A DNA stretch of 64,000 bases from positions 112,034,001 through 112,098,000 of the forward strand of contig OZ024741.1 of the NCBI GenBank assembly GCA_964016885.1. Reading direction: 5' to 3'. Positions 40,768-55,168 of the stretch are shown one piece after another. The notes under the pieces are model-generated. The model did not search any database and was not told where the DNA came from. It saw only the letters and a program-made list of their open reading frames with translations. The position numbers and the translations under genes were made by a program. The stretch's first letter is position 1; each line of letters begins with the position of its first letter. The stretch is from Eledone cirrhosa. Lineage: Eukaryota.

Positions 40768-41929
40768 GCAAAGTTGCACACGCAAAAAATAAACAAAAGA
40801 AAAAACGAAATATATGGGACAAATTAACAAAATCATCCATCTCCCCCTTCACCCACCACTTTATCAACGCAATTTCGTGCAAAAGGCTGATATTGCATGA
40901 CATTAAGCACATCTTGTATGACTGCTTTAGAACGAGCCGCTGGAAATTGTAATAAACATTTTAAATCGCAAACAGAGCCGTGTTTTAGTAACACATCTCT
41001 AAGAGAATGGCTGTTCCTTATATTTATGACACTTTTGTATAAGATTGTATATTTATTTAGTAATTATCTCATCACTACTTCAGCTGCTAAATGAAATGTA
41101 TACTTTGATGTTGAGGCTTAATAAGAATGAAATATGCCAGTAGTTGTCTCTTGTACTTGACTAAATGATTTACATGATATCTCATTCAGCTAAAGTTGTC
41201 TTTTATTTTATGTATCTTTTGGCTCGCCACATAAGTTTTTTTCATGGGCTTACTGACGTGCACTAACTAAACTATTCTACAACAGTAACCTTTTGTACTA
41301 TTTTGTTGTCGAGAGGACAGTGTCCTCGACTCTTTTAGGGGGTGAGGAAAATCAATTTAAATCGACCGCCGCACTTGACTGGTACTATATTTTATTAACC
41401 CCAGAAGATGAAAAGCGAAGTTTGTCTCAGCTATGATTTAAACACAGAATTTAAAAAGCCGAAATAACTACCAGAAAGCATTTTGTCATTTCACTGCCCT
41501 TTTTACTGAAGGTTAAGAAAATAAATGTTATATATTGCATAATTTTTGCACAAGAAAAGGGTGGTGGATTAGTGGAGTTATTAGAGCATCAGAAAAAATG
41601 CTTTTCATCATTTGCTCAAGCTGAGGTAGATTGGCAGTACTGGTAAAGCATCGGACACCATGCTTCACAGCATAGTTACGGTCCTTTACGTTCTGCGTTT
41701 AAATCCTGCCGAGGTTAGCATCTTTACGGGTTCGTTAAAGTAAAGTACTAGTAACGCCCTGGGTAGACTTTCCCTAACCCCTAAATTGTTAACCCTGTGC
41801 CTAAACCAGAATCCATTATTTACTTTGGCTCTTTCCATTCTGAATTCAAATACTACCAGGTAAACTTTGCCTTTTATCCTTCCAGGTGCGATAAAATAAA
41901 GTGCCAGTTAAGCAATTACAAGTAGAACT

Positions 41930-42068
41930 ATTTTTGCCAGCTGAGTGGACTGAGCGGACTTAAACAACGTGAAATAAAATGCCTTTCTCGTGGCCATAAC
42001 GCGCCGCTGGGAGTCGAACTTATGACATTACGATTGTGAGCCGAATTCCCTAACCACAAAGCCACACG
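41930..42068 (-). mobile_element. tRNA-derived SINE
   Basis: Reverse strand GTGGCTTTGTGGTTAGG...GTTCGACTCCC. Confidence 0.75.
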
Positions 42069-45000
42069 ATAGATATTAACAGCAGACAAAACCAAAAGCA
42101 AGAACAAAAACACATCTCTTCTCACACCTAGATTCCTCTCTCTCTTTCTCTCTCCCCTCTCGCTCTCTCCCTCGCCATGCATTTATCACTAGTTGGAGTG
42201 ACACGACAAGTTATATTCAAGTGTTCTTAATTTTCTGTTTGTAAAATACTGTTAGCACATTTGTATCTACATCGCTCTAAATCCTAGTGAATGAGTTATA
42301 TTTGTCTTTTTACATTTCGTCTCTCCTTTCCTCCTTCTACATCCTGTATCGTCATTGTATTGATGTTTCCTTCAGATCTAGATGCCTACATTAGTGTGCC
42401 TATGTGTCGTGTATGTGTCTGTGTGTAGGAGTGTATCCGTGTCGTATGTCGGAAGTGGGGTCGAGACAGAAACAGATAGTTAGATAGAAAGTTTGATGGG
42501 TAAATAAATAGTTAGATAAAGAAATTAATAGATAGACTGATGGATGGATGGAGAGAGAGACTGGGGAGAGATATATAGGTAAATAGAGATTTATTGATAG
42601 AGAGATAGATAAAAAGATAGATTGGTAGATGAAGAGAGAGAGGGAGATGTGAAGTGAGACGGAGAGAGAGAGTGAGAGAGGGGGGGGGGGTGAGAGAGAG
42701 AGAGTGCGTTTACCTTTGATATCCACACGATATCAGTTGATCAACACAGCTATAGAGTCTAAACAGGATTTTATTTCAGAGTTACGTTAACTTTGTAAAT
42801 AATTCCTTTCCTCTGTCTTCGATCAATGTCAATGCTATCTGTGTAAAGAATCTAATCATTTTCCCTTCTTAAGAGTTCTCCACAAAAGAGGAAAATAAGC
42901 TGGAACAGTTAATACACAAAAGGAAATATATTCAATGAATTTAACTTCAAAATTTCGGAGCTGAACTTGTCTGGTAAGTAACATGATCTGAGATCGTGCA
43001 CCGATACTAAAACAGTTTACATCGCGGAAGTGTCATTTTAGTTATTCTGTTGAGTACACTTTGTATGTAATTCCTAATGAACTGATAAGGAGGCTGTCGT
43101 GACACCCTCTCTTCTCTATTTCTCCTTTGTTCGCTCTCTTTTTGTTTGCGTCTTTCACTTTCTTCTAATCTGTGCTTTAAGGGTTAATTCGCCCCGTGGT
43201 CCCAGCCGACAGTTTGGATGAAACATTGCTCCGGAGGATGGCGAAGGAAACGCGCTGGAACAGCCATTCCCACTCGCGGGGCTTGCTCTTGCCGTTTGCC
43301 TGGGCACTTTAAACCTGGCGGTGCCCATCCTCTCTCCAGAGATGAAATGAGAAAGAGATAGAGAAAGTATTGACCCCAGTACGGATCTGGTACATTGTTT
43401 ACGACCATTACCGTCTAGAACAGTTAATGCAGAAGGAAATATTTCTAATGAGATTTATATTAAAGCAATTCGTCAAGGGGGTATATTTTCAATACGTTTT
43501 CTCGTGCTGAGTACATTTTTTATTTTTTTTTAGCTTTGAATAGATGTTATCAGCTGTCGATGCAGTTGTGTGATATTGTGTAGTGGTGTTGGTGGTAGCT
43601 TTGTTACTGGTGCTGTGCACAGTTGGTGATGTCATTTGCTGTTGATGGTGTTGTGTGGTATTGTGTAGTGGTGTAGGTTGTAGTATTGTTACTGGTGTTA
43701 TGCACAGTTGGTATTGTTGTTATGCACAGTTGGTATTGTTGTTAGCTGTTGGTGGTGTTATGCGGTGCTGTTGATGATAACCTTGTTACTGGTGTTGTAA
43801 ACAATTCTTGGTGTGGTGTAAAGCTGATACAGTTTACAGTTGTTCCTGGTACGTTGTAGTTCTGTTGGTGGTAGTGTTCTTAGTATTGATGTGCGTGGCG
43901 TAATCGTTATCATAAGGTCTTAAGTTCGATTTCTTGCGGTGAGGTTTGTCCTTGTTCAAGATACTTTATTTCACGTTTCTCCAGCCCATTCAGCTGTATA
44001 CAATGAGCTGTATCTGTAATTCAAAGAGCCAGTTTTGTCACATACACTGACACGCCGAATCTCCCTGAGATTTATATAAGAGCTGTGGAATACTCAGCCA
44101 CTTGCTCATTAATTTAACGATCAGGCTGTACCATTGCCCAAAGAACTTGAATACTGGTTGTCGGTACCGGGGAAGGCTCAACACACAGTTACTGGTTGAA
44201 GTGGTCAATTGGCAGTGTAAGGAGTGTCTTACTAGACTCAATCGTCACCAAATGATTCACTTAGATCTCCAAACGGGACCAATCGATGTTATAAATGTTT
44301 TCGAACAATCTTGCTTGTAGTCTGACTCTGGGCCTCCTGTCAGTTGTCTTAGCCCGTAAAATTTGCCCTGTGACTCTTTACTTCGACATTCTAGCCACCT
44401 ATCTATAGTAGCGGCTCTACCTGGGGCGACTGACGCCCTACTATCTCAGCTATGCACCCTATCGAATAACATTACCTAAGAGACACTTCGGAGGAACTCT
44501 ATTTCGGCCGTTTGTATTTAAAACTGGAAGTGTACTTCCTTCTCTTCTCTTAGCCCTTAACTTCTAACGGAGTTGTAGGGGCCTTGTGCTGACACACGTA
44601 TTTTGGTCATTTTACACATGGCCGAGCCTATCCGTCTCCAGGGCGTAATAGAGCCGATGTTTTCCAAAGAAAGAATGGGAGACAGAGAGAGAATGTTAAG
44701 AAGATAGATAGAGGAAGAATCGACCCCAGTACTAATCTGGTAGTTTATTTATGTACAGTGAAAAAATTGAAAACAAAGTTGATCTCGGCGAGATTTGAAC
44801 ACGGTACGCAGTATTCTGGAACAAATGCCAAGGGATTGTCAGTTCGGCACCTTAACGATCTATCATTTCGTCATCTGTCTTTCATTACAAATGTGGTAAC
44901 GAAAGGGTAAAATAACGTCTGGAGTAACATTAAGAATACTATTTACGTTAGAAATAGACATGGCTTAACCTTGAATCGAAATATGTAGAAAGAGAGGAAG

Positions 45001-45012
45001 AGATAGATAGAG

Positions 45013-45075
<63 letters not shown>
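45001..45075. repeat. (GATA)n microsatellite
   Basis: Direct inspection. Confidence 0.95.
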
Positions 45076-45085
<10 letters not shown>

Positions 45086-46089
45086 AGGGAGTATGTTGTC
45101 ATAGAAACAGATTCAGTATTAACTTACCACCAAAACGTTACAGAATTACATTTTCAAAGAAAACTAAAACACATCTTTAGCTAATTCCTCGTATCGATTC
45201 TAATCTTCACTGATATTGCAACAAGACAAATCAATATGTATCGAATTTTTGGTGCATTGTTTATATACACTCGTATGCGTATAAATGTGTGCATGTGTGT
45301 GTGCATGTGGGGACGCATGTGTGTGCGTATGAGTATGGCCGCATGTGTGTGTATCTATATGTGAGTATATGTGTGTGCATATGCGTATATAGTTTTACAT
45401 GTACATACGTTTGTATACATGTGCGTGTGCATGTGTGAATGCGTACAGATGTGTGCATATGCACGTTTGTGCGTGTGTGTGTGTGAGCATATGCGTATAT
45501 AAGTTTATATATACATACGTTTGAATACGTGTGCATGTGCATATGTGTGTATGTGTACAAATGTGTGTATATGCACGTGTGTGTGTGTGTGCGTGTTTGT
45601 GTGCGTATAAGTGTATGTATGTATATAAGTTTGTGTATGTGTATATGCTTGTGTATGTGTATATATGTTTGGTTTGTCCATGCGTGATTATGTTTGTGCA
45701 TGTGTGTCTGTTTGTATGAGTGTATGTGTGTGAGTTTATGTGTACATACTTTTGTGTATGTCTGTGTATGTGTGTATGCCTTTGGATGTTTATGCATATG
45801 TGAGTGTGTGTATCTGTATGTATTTGTATGTGTTTACGTTTGTGTATGTGTGTATATGTTTGTGAATGTGTTTGTATCAGTGTATGTGTGTGAGTTTATG
45901 TGTTCATACTTTTCTGTGTGTGTGTATGCGCTTGGATGGTTATACATGTGCGAGTGTGTGTATGTGTATGTGTATGCATATGTATGTGTTTATGTTTGTG
46001 TATATGCGTGCATGAGTTGCCATTCCTGATTCCTCAACAATTGCATTTATCAGTGTCAAGAATCAGTTTTAGCAATAATATTCATTAAT

Positions 46090-46595
46090 CCTCATCATCA
46101 TCAACAACAACAACATCGTTATCATCATCATCAGCATCAGCAGCACCAAATGCATCAGCAGCAGCACCACTGTTATCATGTTCGTTGTCATCATCACCAT
46201 CAGCATCATCATCATTATCACAATCACACTATCGCGATTTCCACCATCGTCATCACAATCGTCATCACAATCGTTATCATCGCCATCACGATCATCATCA
46301 TACTCAACAACAATGCCATTATCGCCATCCTCCTCCCCCTCCTCATCATCCACAACAATGCCATAAACGCCATAATCCTCCCCCTCATCGTCATCGTCAT
46401 ATCAACAACGTCATCATCACCATCATCCTCATCTTCATCCTCATCATCATCTTCAACATCATAAACATCATCAACATCATCATCATCGACATCATCAACA
46501 ACGTCATCATCATCATCATCATCATCGACATCATCATCATCATACCCGTCTACCTCAATAACAATATCATTGCTACTCCTCTCAACAACACCATT
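46090..46595. repeat. Degenerate (CAT/CAA)n low-complexity tract
   Basis: Direct inspection. Confidence 0.9.
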
Positions 46596-46800
46596 TTATT
46601 ACATCTCTAATCTCCCCGTCTTATACTGCACCTGTTGCTTTTGTTCTTGTTGTAGTTGTTAACTTTGAATGAACAGACCAATGGTGAACCCCCTAAATAC
46701 CTTTCATCTCCTTTAGAGACAGGGAAGCTCTGAAGTTTCAACAAATCATTAGACTTTATTTAAATATATACACAATGAACGGCAGCATTCTCACTTGAGT

Positions 46801-47265
46801 CGTAGAAGTTCTGTGTAGAATTTAAAATTCCTACATATAGAGTGTATTGAATGTTCTACGGGGTTTCAAGCTCCTATATATAGAGTGTATTGAATGTTCT
46901 ACGGGGTTTCAAGCTCCTCTACATAGAGTGTATTGAATGTTCTACGGGGTTTCAAGCTCCTATATATAGAGTGTATTGAATTTTCTACGGTGCTTAAAAC
47001 TCTTATATATAGAATGTATTGAATTTTCTATGGGGTTTAAAGCTTCTATATATAGAGTGTATTGAATTTTTTACGGGGTTTAAAACTCCTATATATGGAG
47101 TGTATTGGATTTTCTACGGGGTTTAAAATTCCTATATAGAGAGTATATTGAACTTTCTATAGGGCTTAAATCTCCTATATATAGAGTGTGTGTTCAACTT
47201 TCCATGGGGTTTATAGAGTGTGTTGAAATTTTTATGAAGTTTAAAACCTCTTTATGTAAAGTTTG
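46801..47265. repeat. 43-bp tandem minisatellite, ~10 copies
   Basis: TAGAGTGTATTGAA recurs at 46838, 46881, 46924 and onward. Confidence 0.9.
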
Positions 47266-47619
47266 TTGATTGTCTTTATGATTTAAAACATCCTTCCAAA
47301 GATCGATAAAATGATGTACCACTCAAGTATCGACTTTCCCCATCCTCCAAATTGATGGCTTTTTCCCAAATTAGAAACAATTATGATGACGCCCCACAAT
47401 GCATTAACAATATAGTTATTCATTCATATATGATGATGATAGATCCGCCACCAATTTTGATGATGGACATTCAGTTGTGCAATCAACTGAACTCGGGTTC
47501 GTGATTTAATCTGTAAGTGGTTGAGTATTCCATAAACAAGAGCACGCTTAACGTAATACACAAACATAATCAACATAATAAGCCTGGACGTTTGAATTAC
47601 AGGTACAATCCATCTGATG

Positions 47620-47770
47620 AGCTTCCACACAGTTTCCTTCTATCCAGTTTCACTAAAGAGGTTTAGATGGTCTCACAGCTATAGTGAAGACACTTACCCA
47701 CGTCACCCCGCAGTGGTATCAAACTTGGATTCTCATGATTGCGAAGTAAACGTCTTAACCACTCAGCCAT
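47620..47770 (-). mobile_element. tRNA-derived SINE
   Basis: Reverse strand ATGGCTGAGTGGTTAAG head; homologous to 48555-48700. Confidence 0.7.
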
Positions 47771-48134
47771 TCTTATGAGAGTGATTGCGTGCGTGTGTGT
47801 TACCCACAGCTAACAAGTCTCTTACATCATGTCTAAATGTGATGTATGTAGCTTATATCGTATATTTCCCTAGCTAATACGAATGAACATTTCTCGGCTT
47901 TGTAGCTTGTGCAATTATCATCAACAATTAGATATCTAACGTAATATTTTGGGGGCTTCCTCCAATCTTCTTTGAACTTCAACTTTAAGCGCGTTATTAC
48001 TTAAAATACTCCTTTTTCTGTTTTCTTTCGAAGAAAGAACAGAAGAGAAAACGAAGTAAATCACTCGCTAACAAGCGAAACTGCCATAACTTTTCTTTGA
48101 TGTATTCAGAAAACCACGATTATTAATTTCCCAT

Positions 48135-48310
48135 GGCAGTATTGGTAGAGGGTCAGACATGCTTTCCAGCGTAGTTACGTCCCTTTACGATCTGAGTTCA
48201 AATCCCGCCGAGGTTAACTTTGCCTTTCATCCTTACGGGGTCGACAAAATAAAGTACCAGTAATGTACTAGTAATTGCTGGCCTTGTGCCAAAAGTAGAA
48301 ACAATTATTT
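48135..48310 (+). mobile_element. SINE
   Basis: TGGCAG..TTGGTAG A box, GAGTTCAAATCC B box, shared body. Confidence 0.78.
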
Positions 48311-48857
48311 TTTTCTATTTTCTTTAGAACATTCTTTGGAATATTCGTAATGTTTCACAAACTTTATGTAAACTTCCCCATTGCAAAATATAACCATCAC
48401 TTCAGCTGGTTCTTTGAAACACATTGTTTCCTAAATACCTATTCGAACATATTTCATGCATCTCTTCGTTACTATTGTTGTTTTCCTTGTTACATCATCA
48501 TTCTTAGTTCTTTCGTATATATTTCTTTAATGGATGTGAAATTAACAGGCATAGTTATAGCTAATTGGTTAAGGAATTCGCTTCGCAAGAGGCTGGATCT
48601 GGGTTTAATCCAGCTGCGCAACACCTTGGGCAAGTGTCTTCTACTATAACTTCAGGTTGACATTTGCCTTGTGAGTGGAATTTGGTAGTCAGAAATGAAT
48701 ATGGGTGTATGTCCGCGTCTGTGTTTATGTTCGTATCTATCTGTGTTTATATCCTGTAACTTAGTGGTTGGACATGTATAAGAAGAAAAAAGCACAAAAG
48801 AAATAAGAAGACCTAAACAATTACTGGTATTGATTTCTTGTCACTTAAATGTGAAGA

Positions 48858-48995
48858 TGCGTAGTTTAGTGGTTAGGATGTTTGGATGAGGATCATAATG
48901 TCGCATGTTCGAATCCCAGACCGGGAAGCGCATAGTATTCTTGAGAAAATAACTTTTATTTTACGGTGTAGCTTTCCACTCAGCTGAAAATGAAT
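48858..48995 (+). mobile_element. tRNA-derived SINE
   Basis: TAGTGGTTAGG...GTTCGAATCCC. Confidence 0.7.
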
Positions 48996-49647
48996 ACCTG
49001 AGAGCCTCCATGTACTTTCTGGCGTCATATATTCTCTAGCCCCGAGAAAGAGCCTAAAGAGCCCCCGTGGGTCCAGAGCCGCAGGTTATTGACACCCTGG
49101 ATTGGATCAACTGTCTTCCTAAATTCTCCTCTTAATATCCGGTTTAATGCTGTGTTGTTGGTAATTTTGCTGTTGTTGTTATTGTTGTTGTCACTGCTGT
49201 TGTTATTGTATTATGTTTTTTTTTTGTAGTTGATGTCTTTGTTGTTCAGCCCCAGGTTAAATTTCAATGAGGTGCCCTAAGAAAAGGAATTTGATATTTT
49301 TCTTTGGGAAATATTTCTCAGTTTTTATATTGTAACAATCCACTTGCAGGTTTTATATTAAGAGAGAGGACAGTTCAGGCGGTATATCAAACCAGAGGGT
49401 ATTTTATACCTCGGTACTACATTTGAAGACAACATACTCCCCCTTACCACGGACCACATACGGGTCTAGCATCTTCTAACTGGCAAATAAAACTGCTTAA
49501 CCAGTTTCGATCGTCAGTTACAGGTTTGTGATGCCTGCTTAACCCTCTAGAAATATTTGAATATAAACATTTCCCATGTAACTCCACCAACCATTTTCTC
49601 TCCATCTCAAGCACTCTTTATCTATCTATCAATCAATCTATCTATTT

Positions 49648-50905
49648 CGGCAGTCTATGTGAATGCCTACCTATCGGAGCCATTCCAAATCATGCGTTCC
49701 ATCCGATGCCCTCTATCCTCTATTCTATATGTGCTGACTCTCGAGTCACTGCTGCGGAAGTTGGAGCTATTTCATGGCATCCGGATCGAACCAGGGCTGC
49801 GAAAAGCAGAGTCGGCCTACGCCAACGACGTGACGGTAATGGTGTCGAAAACCTCGGAAATCGAGACAATCGGCAACTTATTACAGGAATACGAAACGTT
49901 GACAGGAGCAAGACTAAACTCGAACAATCTGTCGGTTTGCAACTCGGAACATGGAGAGGCAAACCCATGCCGTTCGACAGTGTCGTTGGACGCTGGACGG
50001 AAGGACCGGTGAAATGTCTCGGGGTAAGGTTCGGTCCAGACCTCCAGGTGGACAAAAGCTGGAACGAGGTCACGGCGAAGTTGTTTGCACTCACCCAGAA
50101 GTGGGCTGAGTGTAAACTCTCCTTAGAAGGTCGAGCGGAGGTGGTGAACACTTACATAGCACCCATCATCTACTACCGTTTGACAGTCGTGCCGTGTCCC
50201 CTCGATCACCCCACCAAAATAACTTCCAGAGGTTTCTGGCCTGGCAGTGCTACTGAGCAGCTCTACCAGTTCGAGACAAAATCTACATTGAAACAGTTCT
50301 GCACGTAATTGTTCAGTACCCAGCTAATGCCATGTGTGGCACGCATCCAGTTGTCAGCCGTGTCCATCGTGAGGATCACCCCGCCGCCTTCATTTAAGAA
50401 CGAAGGAGAGGCCATTTTCCTCTGTCTGGTGGCTATGGCGAAAGAGGTAATGTGGTGGATGAGGTTAAAAGGACTGAGGGCAAACACCTTGCTCTCCCGA
50501 CAACAACTCCTCCCCTTCTTTAAGTACCACTTCAGAAGGAAGGTGAGAGTGGAGAGAGAGGTGCTACACCCCAGTAAATTCACTGAAAGGTGGGTGAAAT
50601 GGCGAAAATGGCCCGAGTAAATGGGCCTTCTCTGTATATAAACCTGTAGGTTGAGGAAGACAAACAGAGGGAAGACGGGAACACCTACAAAACGTGCTCC
50701 TGGTGTTGAGGTTTGTTCTATCCACGGGGTGTAAAACAACCCTGCAGTAACGTTCCCCCCTACTGGCGACTGCGATTGTTATTATATTATATATAGTTTA
50801 TTGTTATTTATTAATGTTGAAGTTATACGATTTTTATGTAAAACCCCGCCGTCACGTCTTGTAATATCCCATTTTTTGTACGACCTTGTGGCAAATTTAG
50901 AAAGA
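49648..50905 (+). mobile_element. 5'-truncated, internally deleted Tx1/L1-like LINE
   Basis: RT motifs CPLSSILYVL and AYANDV; C-terminus and 3' UTR homologous to 53400-55160; (TATC)n at both ends. Confidence 0.85.
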
Positions 50906-50944
50906 TATCTATCTATCTATCTATCTATCAATCTATCAATCTAT

Positions 50945-53900
50945 AAAAAAGAAAAAAAGACATAACATGAACAAAAAGGCAACCACCAACACAAACAACA
51001 CAAACATTACAAACAAAAATCCCTCCTCCCGAAAACAAAACAATGACAACACTCCAAACAAATACCCACAACAAAACGAAAACACGCACAAGAACAACAG
51101 ACAAAAACTAACACAACACAACAAAAATATTATACATACATAAACACTGACAATAAAACCTTGTTGGAGGTCATCTCCAAAAACCCTTCCGTGGAAACCG
51201 AAGCAAAATATTTTACCAAATGTAAAGACAAACCTAATTTAAGGATGATTAAGGTCCCTACGGACACCTTAAAGGAAAACTTTACTGAGGACGTGGGGAA
51301 TATGTGTGTTAAACCAATGAACCGCGTCCTCTTGAAACGTTTCCCCACCCCACCCTACCAGACACCCCTCCCCACCAAATATCTCCGTCCCCACCCCGCC
51401 AGGAACCCCCACCCTACCAAACAACCCCTCCAACACCTCCATGGACATTGTGCAGCCTGGTCCCCAGGAGACGAAGAGGTGAGTGATTTCTTTTCCTCTT
51501 CTTTTAACTTTTCAGCACCAACATGGCCAATATAAGAGTTGGGTGTGTGAATGTACGCAGCCTAGGGATGCCCTGGAAACAGTGCAAACTCTTAAACGAC
51601 CTCAGGTCGCACATTATGGATGTAGTAGCCATTTGCGAGTCCAGGATCCACAGCAAGCGACAACTGGCCCCTATCTTCGACGACTTTGAGATCTACGCAT
51701 CTCTCTGTCAGCCGGGAGGTGGGCGTGGGGTTGCCGTTCGGCTACGGAAACACCTGGACCTCGCAACACAGACGGTACATCTGGACCCGGAGGGTCGACT
51801 GGTGGTCCTAGACGTTGACGGTAGTGAAGGTGGAGCCTTCAGGCTGGTGGCCACATATGCCCCATCCGGGACACCGCGGCCAGACTTCTTCAAACGTCTA
51901 GAGACTTTTCTGGGAACGTCCCGCTCCTTGCTGTTAGTGGGGGACTGGAATTGAATCCTAGATGCACGTTGGGACGATGTGGGAGCATGTCCCGATAAAG
52001 GGGGGTGTAATAGCCTCAAACAGTTAATCGGCCGATTTGACCTGGCCGATAGATATCGACTAGATTTTCCGACTGTGCCACTGTGGACGTGGAGTAATCG
52101 TAGCGGAACATCTAGATCGTACATAGATAGGGTTCTAGTTAGAAAGAAGGATAGGGACATGTTAAGCTGTCCACAAATGTTCATGGTTGCCTATTCAGAT
52201 CACAAATTAGTGACCTGCTTAGTCAACCTTGATAGAACCCATAGACAGGAACCCGGCTACTGGAAGCTGAACTTGTCGTTACCGACATGCAAAGCCTACA
52301 GTAGACGGATTAGCACTTTAGTTAAGTAGCACTTGACGGGGGCCATTGTCAACAACAGATCGTAGTACTCTCTCAAGAGGGCAGTTAGATTAGACTCGAT
52401 AGGTTTTAGTAAAGAATTAGTGTTAAATAGAAATAAGACCGAAAAGGAACTGGTAGATAAAGTAGAAGAGGCACTTAGGAGTGGCAACGTAGCTAGCGTG
52501 CTAGCGACGAGAACGGCCTTGGACCAGTTCTTCGACGCAAAGCATGAAGGCTGCGTTGTCAGAAGCAAAATACGTGCTCTGGGAAACGAGGAAGCCAAAG
52601 CTGTTAGCTGGGCCCGTGTGACGGAGGCGAAAAGTGGCAACAAGTCCACGATTCGGTCTTTGAAAGACCAAGACGGACGCGTGATACGTGAGCCGAAGCA
52701 GATGTGCGCGGCCTTTCAGCGGCACTTTGCTCAACTGTTCGGGCAGGGCGGCGCGCCAGAGGGGCTATAGATTTCGGTCCATACCTCGACGGCCTACCAC
52801 GACTCTCGGACAGCGAGGCGAAGTTCTGCGAAAGGCCGATTTCGGCCGCTGAGATAGGGGACGCGCTTAGCCAATGCGGCAAACGCAAATCTCCAGGTCT
52901 CGACGGTGTACCCTACGAATTTTACGTAGCAATGCCGGACTTGTTCTCCGGTCTCCTGGATGCGGTCTACTGCAACTGGCAGCAGAACGGGAGAATTCCC
53001 AGTTCTGTGACCAAGGGCGTAGTCACGTTAGTCAGGAAGGACGATAAGGGGGAAGACATAGGCAACTTCCGGCCCATAACTCTGCTCAACACAGTTACAG
53101 ATTTTGGCCAAGGTGTTGGCAAAGAGGCTGGCGCTTGTCGTCGAAAACCTGGTGGGAGAAGCACATACATGCGCAATCCCGACCAGGTCCATACACGACA
53201 ACCTCCACCTCATGCGATACATCATAGAGAGGGTAGGGTGTAAACCCGGCTTCGGTGGGGCCCTGATCAACTTGGATCAGTCTAAGGCTTTCGATAGGGT
53301 TGATCATCGTTACCTGGATGCGGTGCTCGAGGCGGCAAGCTTCGGACCCGTGTTCAGGGGCTGGATTGCTGCAATGCACAGCAGCAACATCTGCTCAAGG
53401 GTCAAGGTGAACGGCTACCTCTCGGAGCCGTTCCATATCACGCGATCCATCCGACAGGGATGCCCTCTCTCCTCCCTTCTGTACGTACTGACTCTCGAGC
53501 CTCTACTGCGGAGGTTGGAGCTATTGCAGGGCATCCCTTTGGAACCGGGACTGCGAAAAGCGGCGTCGGCCTACGCCGATGACGTGACAGTAATGTTGTC
53601 GAGCACCTCGACAACATTACTGTGTTGAATACGAAAGGTTCACAGGAGCGAAGCTAAACCGACAAATAGGTCGGTTTGCAACTCGGAACGTGGAGAAGCA
53701 AACCGATGCCTTCCGATGGCGTCGTCGGACGCTGGACGGAAGGACCGGTAAAGCTGCTCGGGGTCTGGTTTGGTCCGGACCTCCAGGTAGAGAAGAACTG
53801 GAACGAGGTGACGGCCAAGGTGTTTGCGCTCACCCAGAAGTGTGCCGAGTGCAAACTATCCTTGAAAGGTCGGGCGGAGGTGGCAAACACTTTTATAGCG

Positions 53901-55168
53901 TCCGTCATCTACTACCGCTTGACCGTCGTGCCTTGTCCAGCCAAAACGCTCACCAAAATGGAGCGCGCGCTCTTCCAATTCCTTTGGAAGAAACGGGCTC
54001 CTTTGATGAGAAGATCCATCTGCTGCTAACACCCCTCAAACGGAGGGCTGACGATGCGCAAACACGCACTCAGGCTGCGGCACATCCACGTATTCCTCAC
54101 CAGACAACCGATGTGGGCCCCGTTCGTGAGGCGAGCCTTCCCACGACTCGTCTCGCTGACCGAGCTGCAGTCCTGGGTCAAGCAAAGACCGAGGAAAATG
54201 GGCGACTGGCACATCGAATGTGCTCAGGCGCTCACAGTCCTCTGGCAAACGGGCCCAGCCATCAGTGGAGACTCCACTTCGACATTCTATAGAGGGTTGG
54301 TCCGCAGCAAGTGCGACGACACGCTCGGAGAAACTCTAGGCGTAGAGGAGGACGAACTGGCGAGTTTTTTCGGTAGGACCTTCCGCCCGGGACCAATGGA
54401 CAACTTTCAAAAGTCTCTGGCCTGGCAGTGCTACCGAGGAGCTCTACCAGTTCGAGACAAGCTCTACAGACACAGGCGCCCGGGTAGGGACTCTTCGAAA
54501 AAGATCTGTCCGAGATCCGTGCGCGACGAGGAAACCCTCGCGCACGCATTTGTACACTGCCCGGGCGTTACCGACCTGTGGGGCTATGTAGAACGACTAT
54601 TGTCGCAGGTGGGACCAATCCAGTTGACCACCGAGTCCATTGTCATGATCAAACCGCCACCCTACTTTAAAAACGAGGGAGATGTGGTTTTCCTATGTGT
54701 TATGGCTATGGTGAAAGAGGTTATATGGTGGACGAGGTTAAAAGGGCTGAGGTCAGACACCTTTCTCTCCGGCGAGCAACTGATTCCTTTTTTCAAATAT
54801 CATTTTGGAAGAAGAATCAGGATGGAGAGAGGTGCTGTACCCCAGCAAATTTTATAAAAGGTGGGTGAATGTGGCAAAGATGGCCCGAGTGGTTGGGCCT
54901 TCTCTCTATATAAGCCTGTAGGTTGAGGAAAAAGAGGAAGAGAAGAATGGAGTACTCACTGTTGGTGCTCCTGGAGATGAGGGTTGTACATTTTTTCGGG
55001 GTGTGTACAACCCCTGTGTAACGCCTCCCCCCTATTGGGGATTTCAATTGTTATTTGTTATTTTATTAATAGTTTTATTTTCATATACCTGTATGTAAAC
55101 TCCCCATTTGTATTTGTCCCCTTCTTTTGTGCCCTTGTGGCTAATAAAGAAAGTTATCTATATCTATA
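50945..55168 (+). mobile_element. Tx1/L1-like LINE (ORF1 3' part plus complete but disrupted ORF2)
   Basis: APE, RT and C-terminal CCHC relic; AATAAAGAA followed by TATC-type tail. Confidence 0.9.
51523..54921 (+). pseudogene. LINE ORF2: APE endonuclease plus reverse transcriptase (stops and frameshifts)
   Basis: NVRSL, GDWN, SDHK, SPGLDG, FRPITLLN, LDQSKAFDRV, RQGCPLS, YADDV, CPRS..ETLAHAFVHCP. Confidence 0.92.

Noticed and set aside
44100-44310. Short ORF resembling the RTE Cys-rich region
   Set aside because: Probably a small LINE relic, but too degenerate to call
46801-47265. CRISPR-like periodic repeat
   Set aside because: Contiguous tandem units with no unique spacers; eukaryotic minisatellite
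47614-47640. CTGATGAG motif
   Set aside because: At a SINE boundary; no GAAA or stems
48858-48925. tRNA gene-like sequences here and at 10362, 12344 and 41990
   Set aside because: A/B boxes run into SINE bodies and no complete cloverleaf forms
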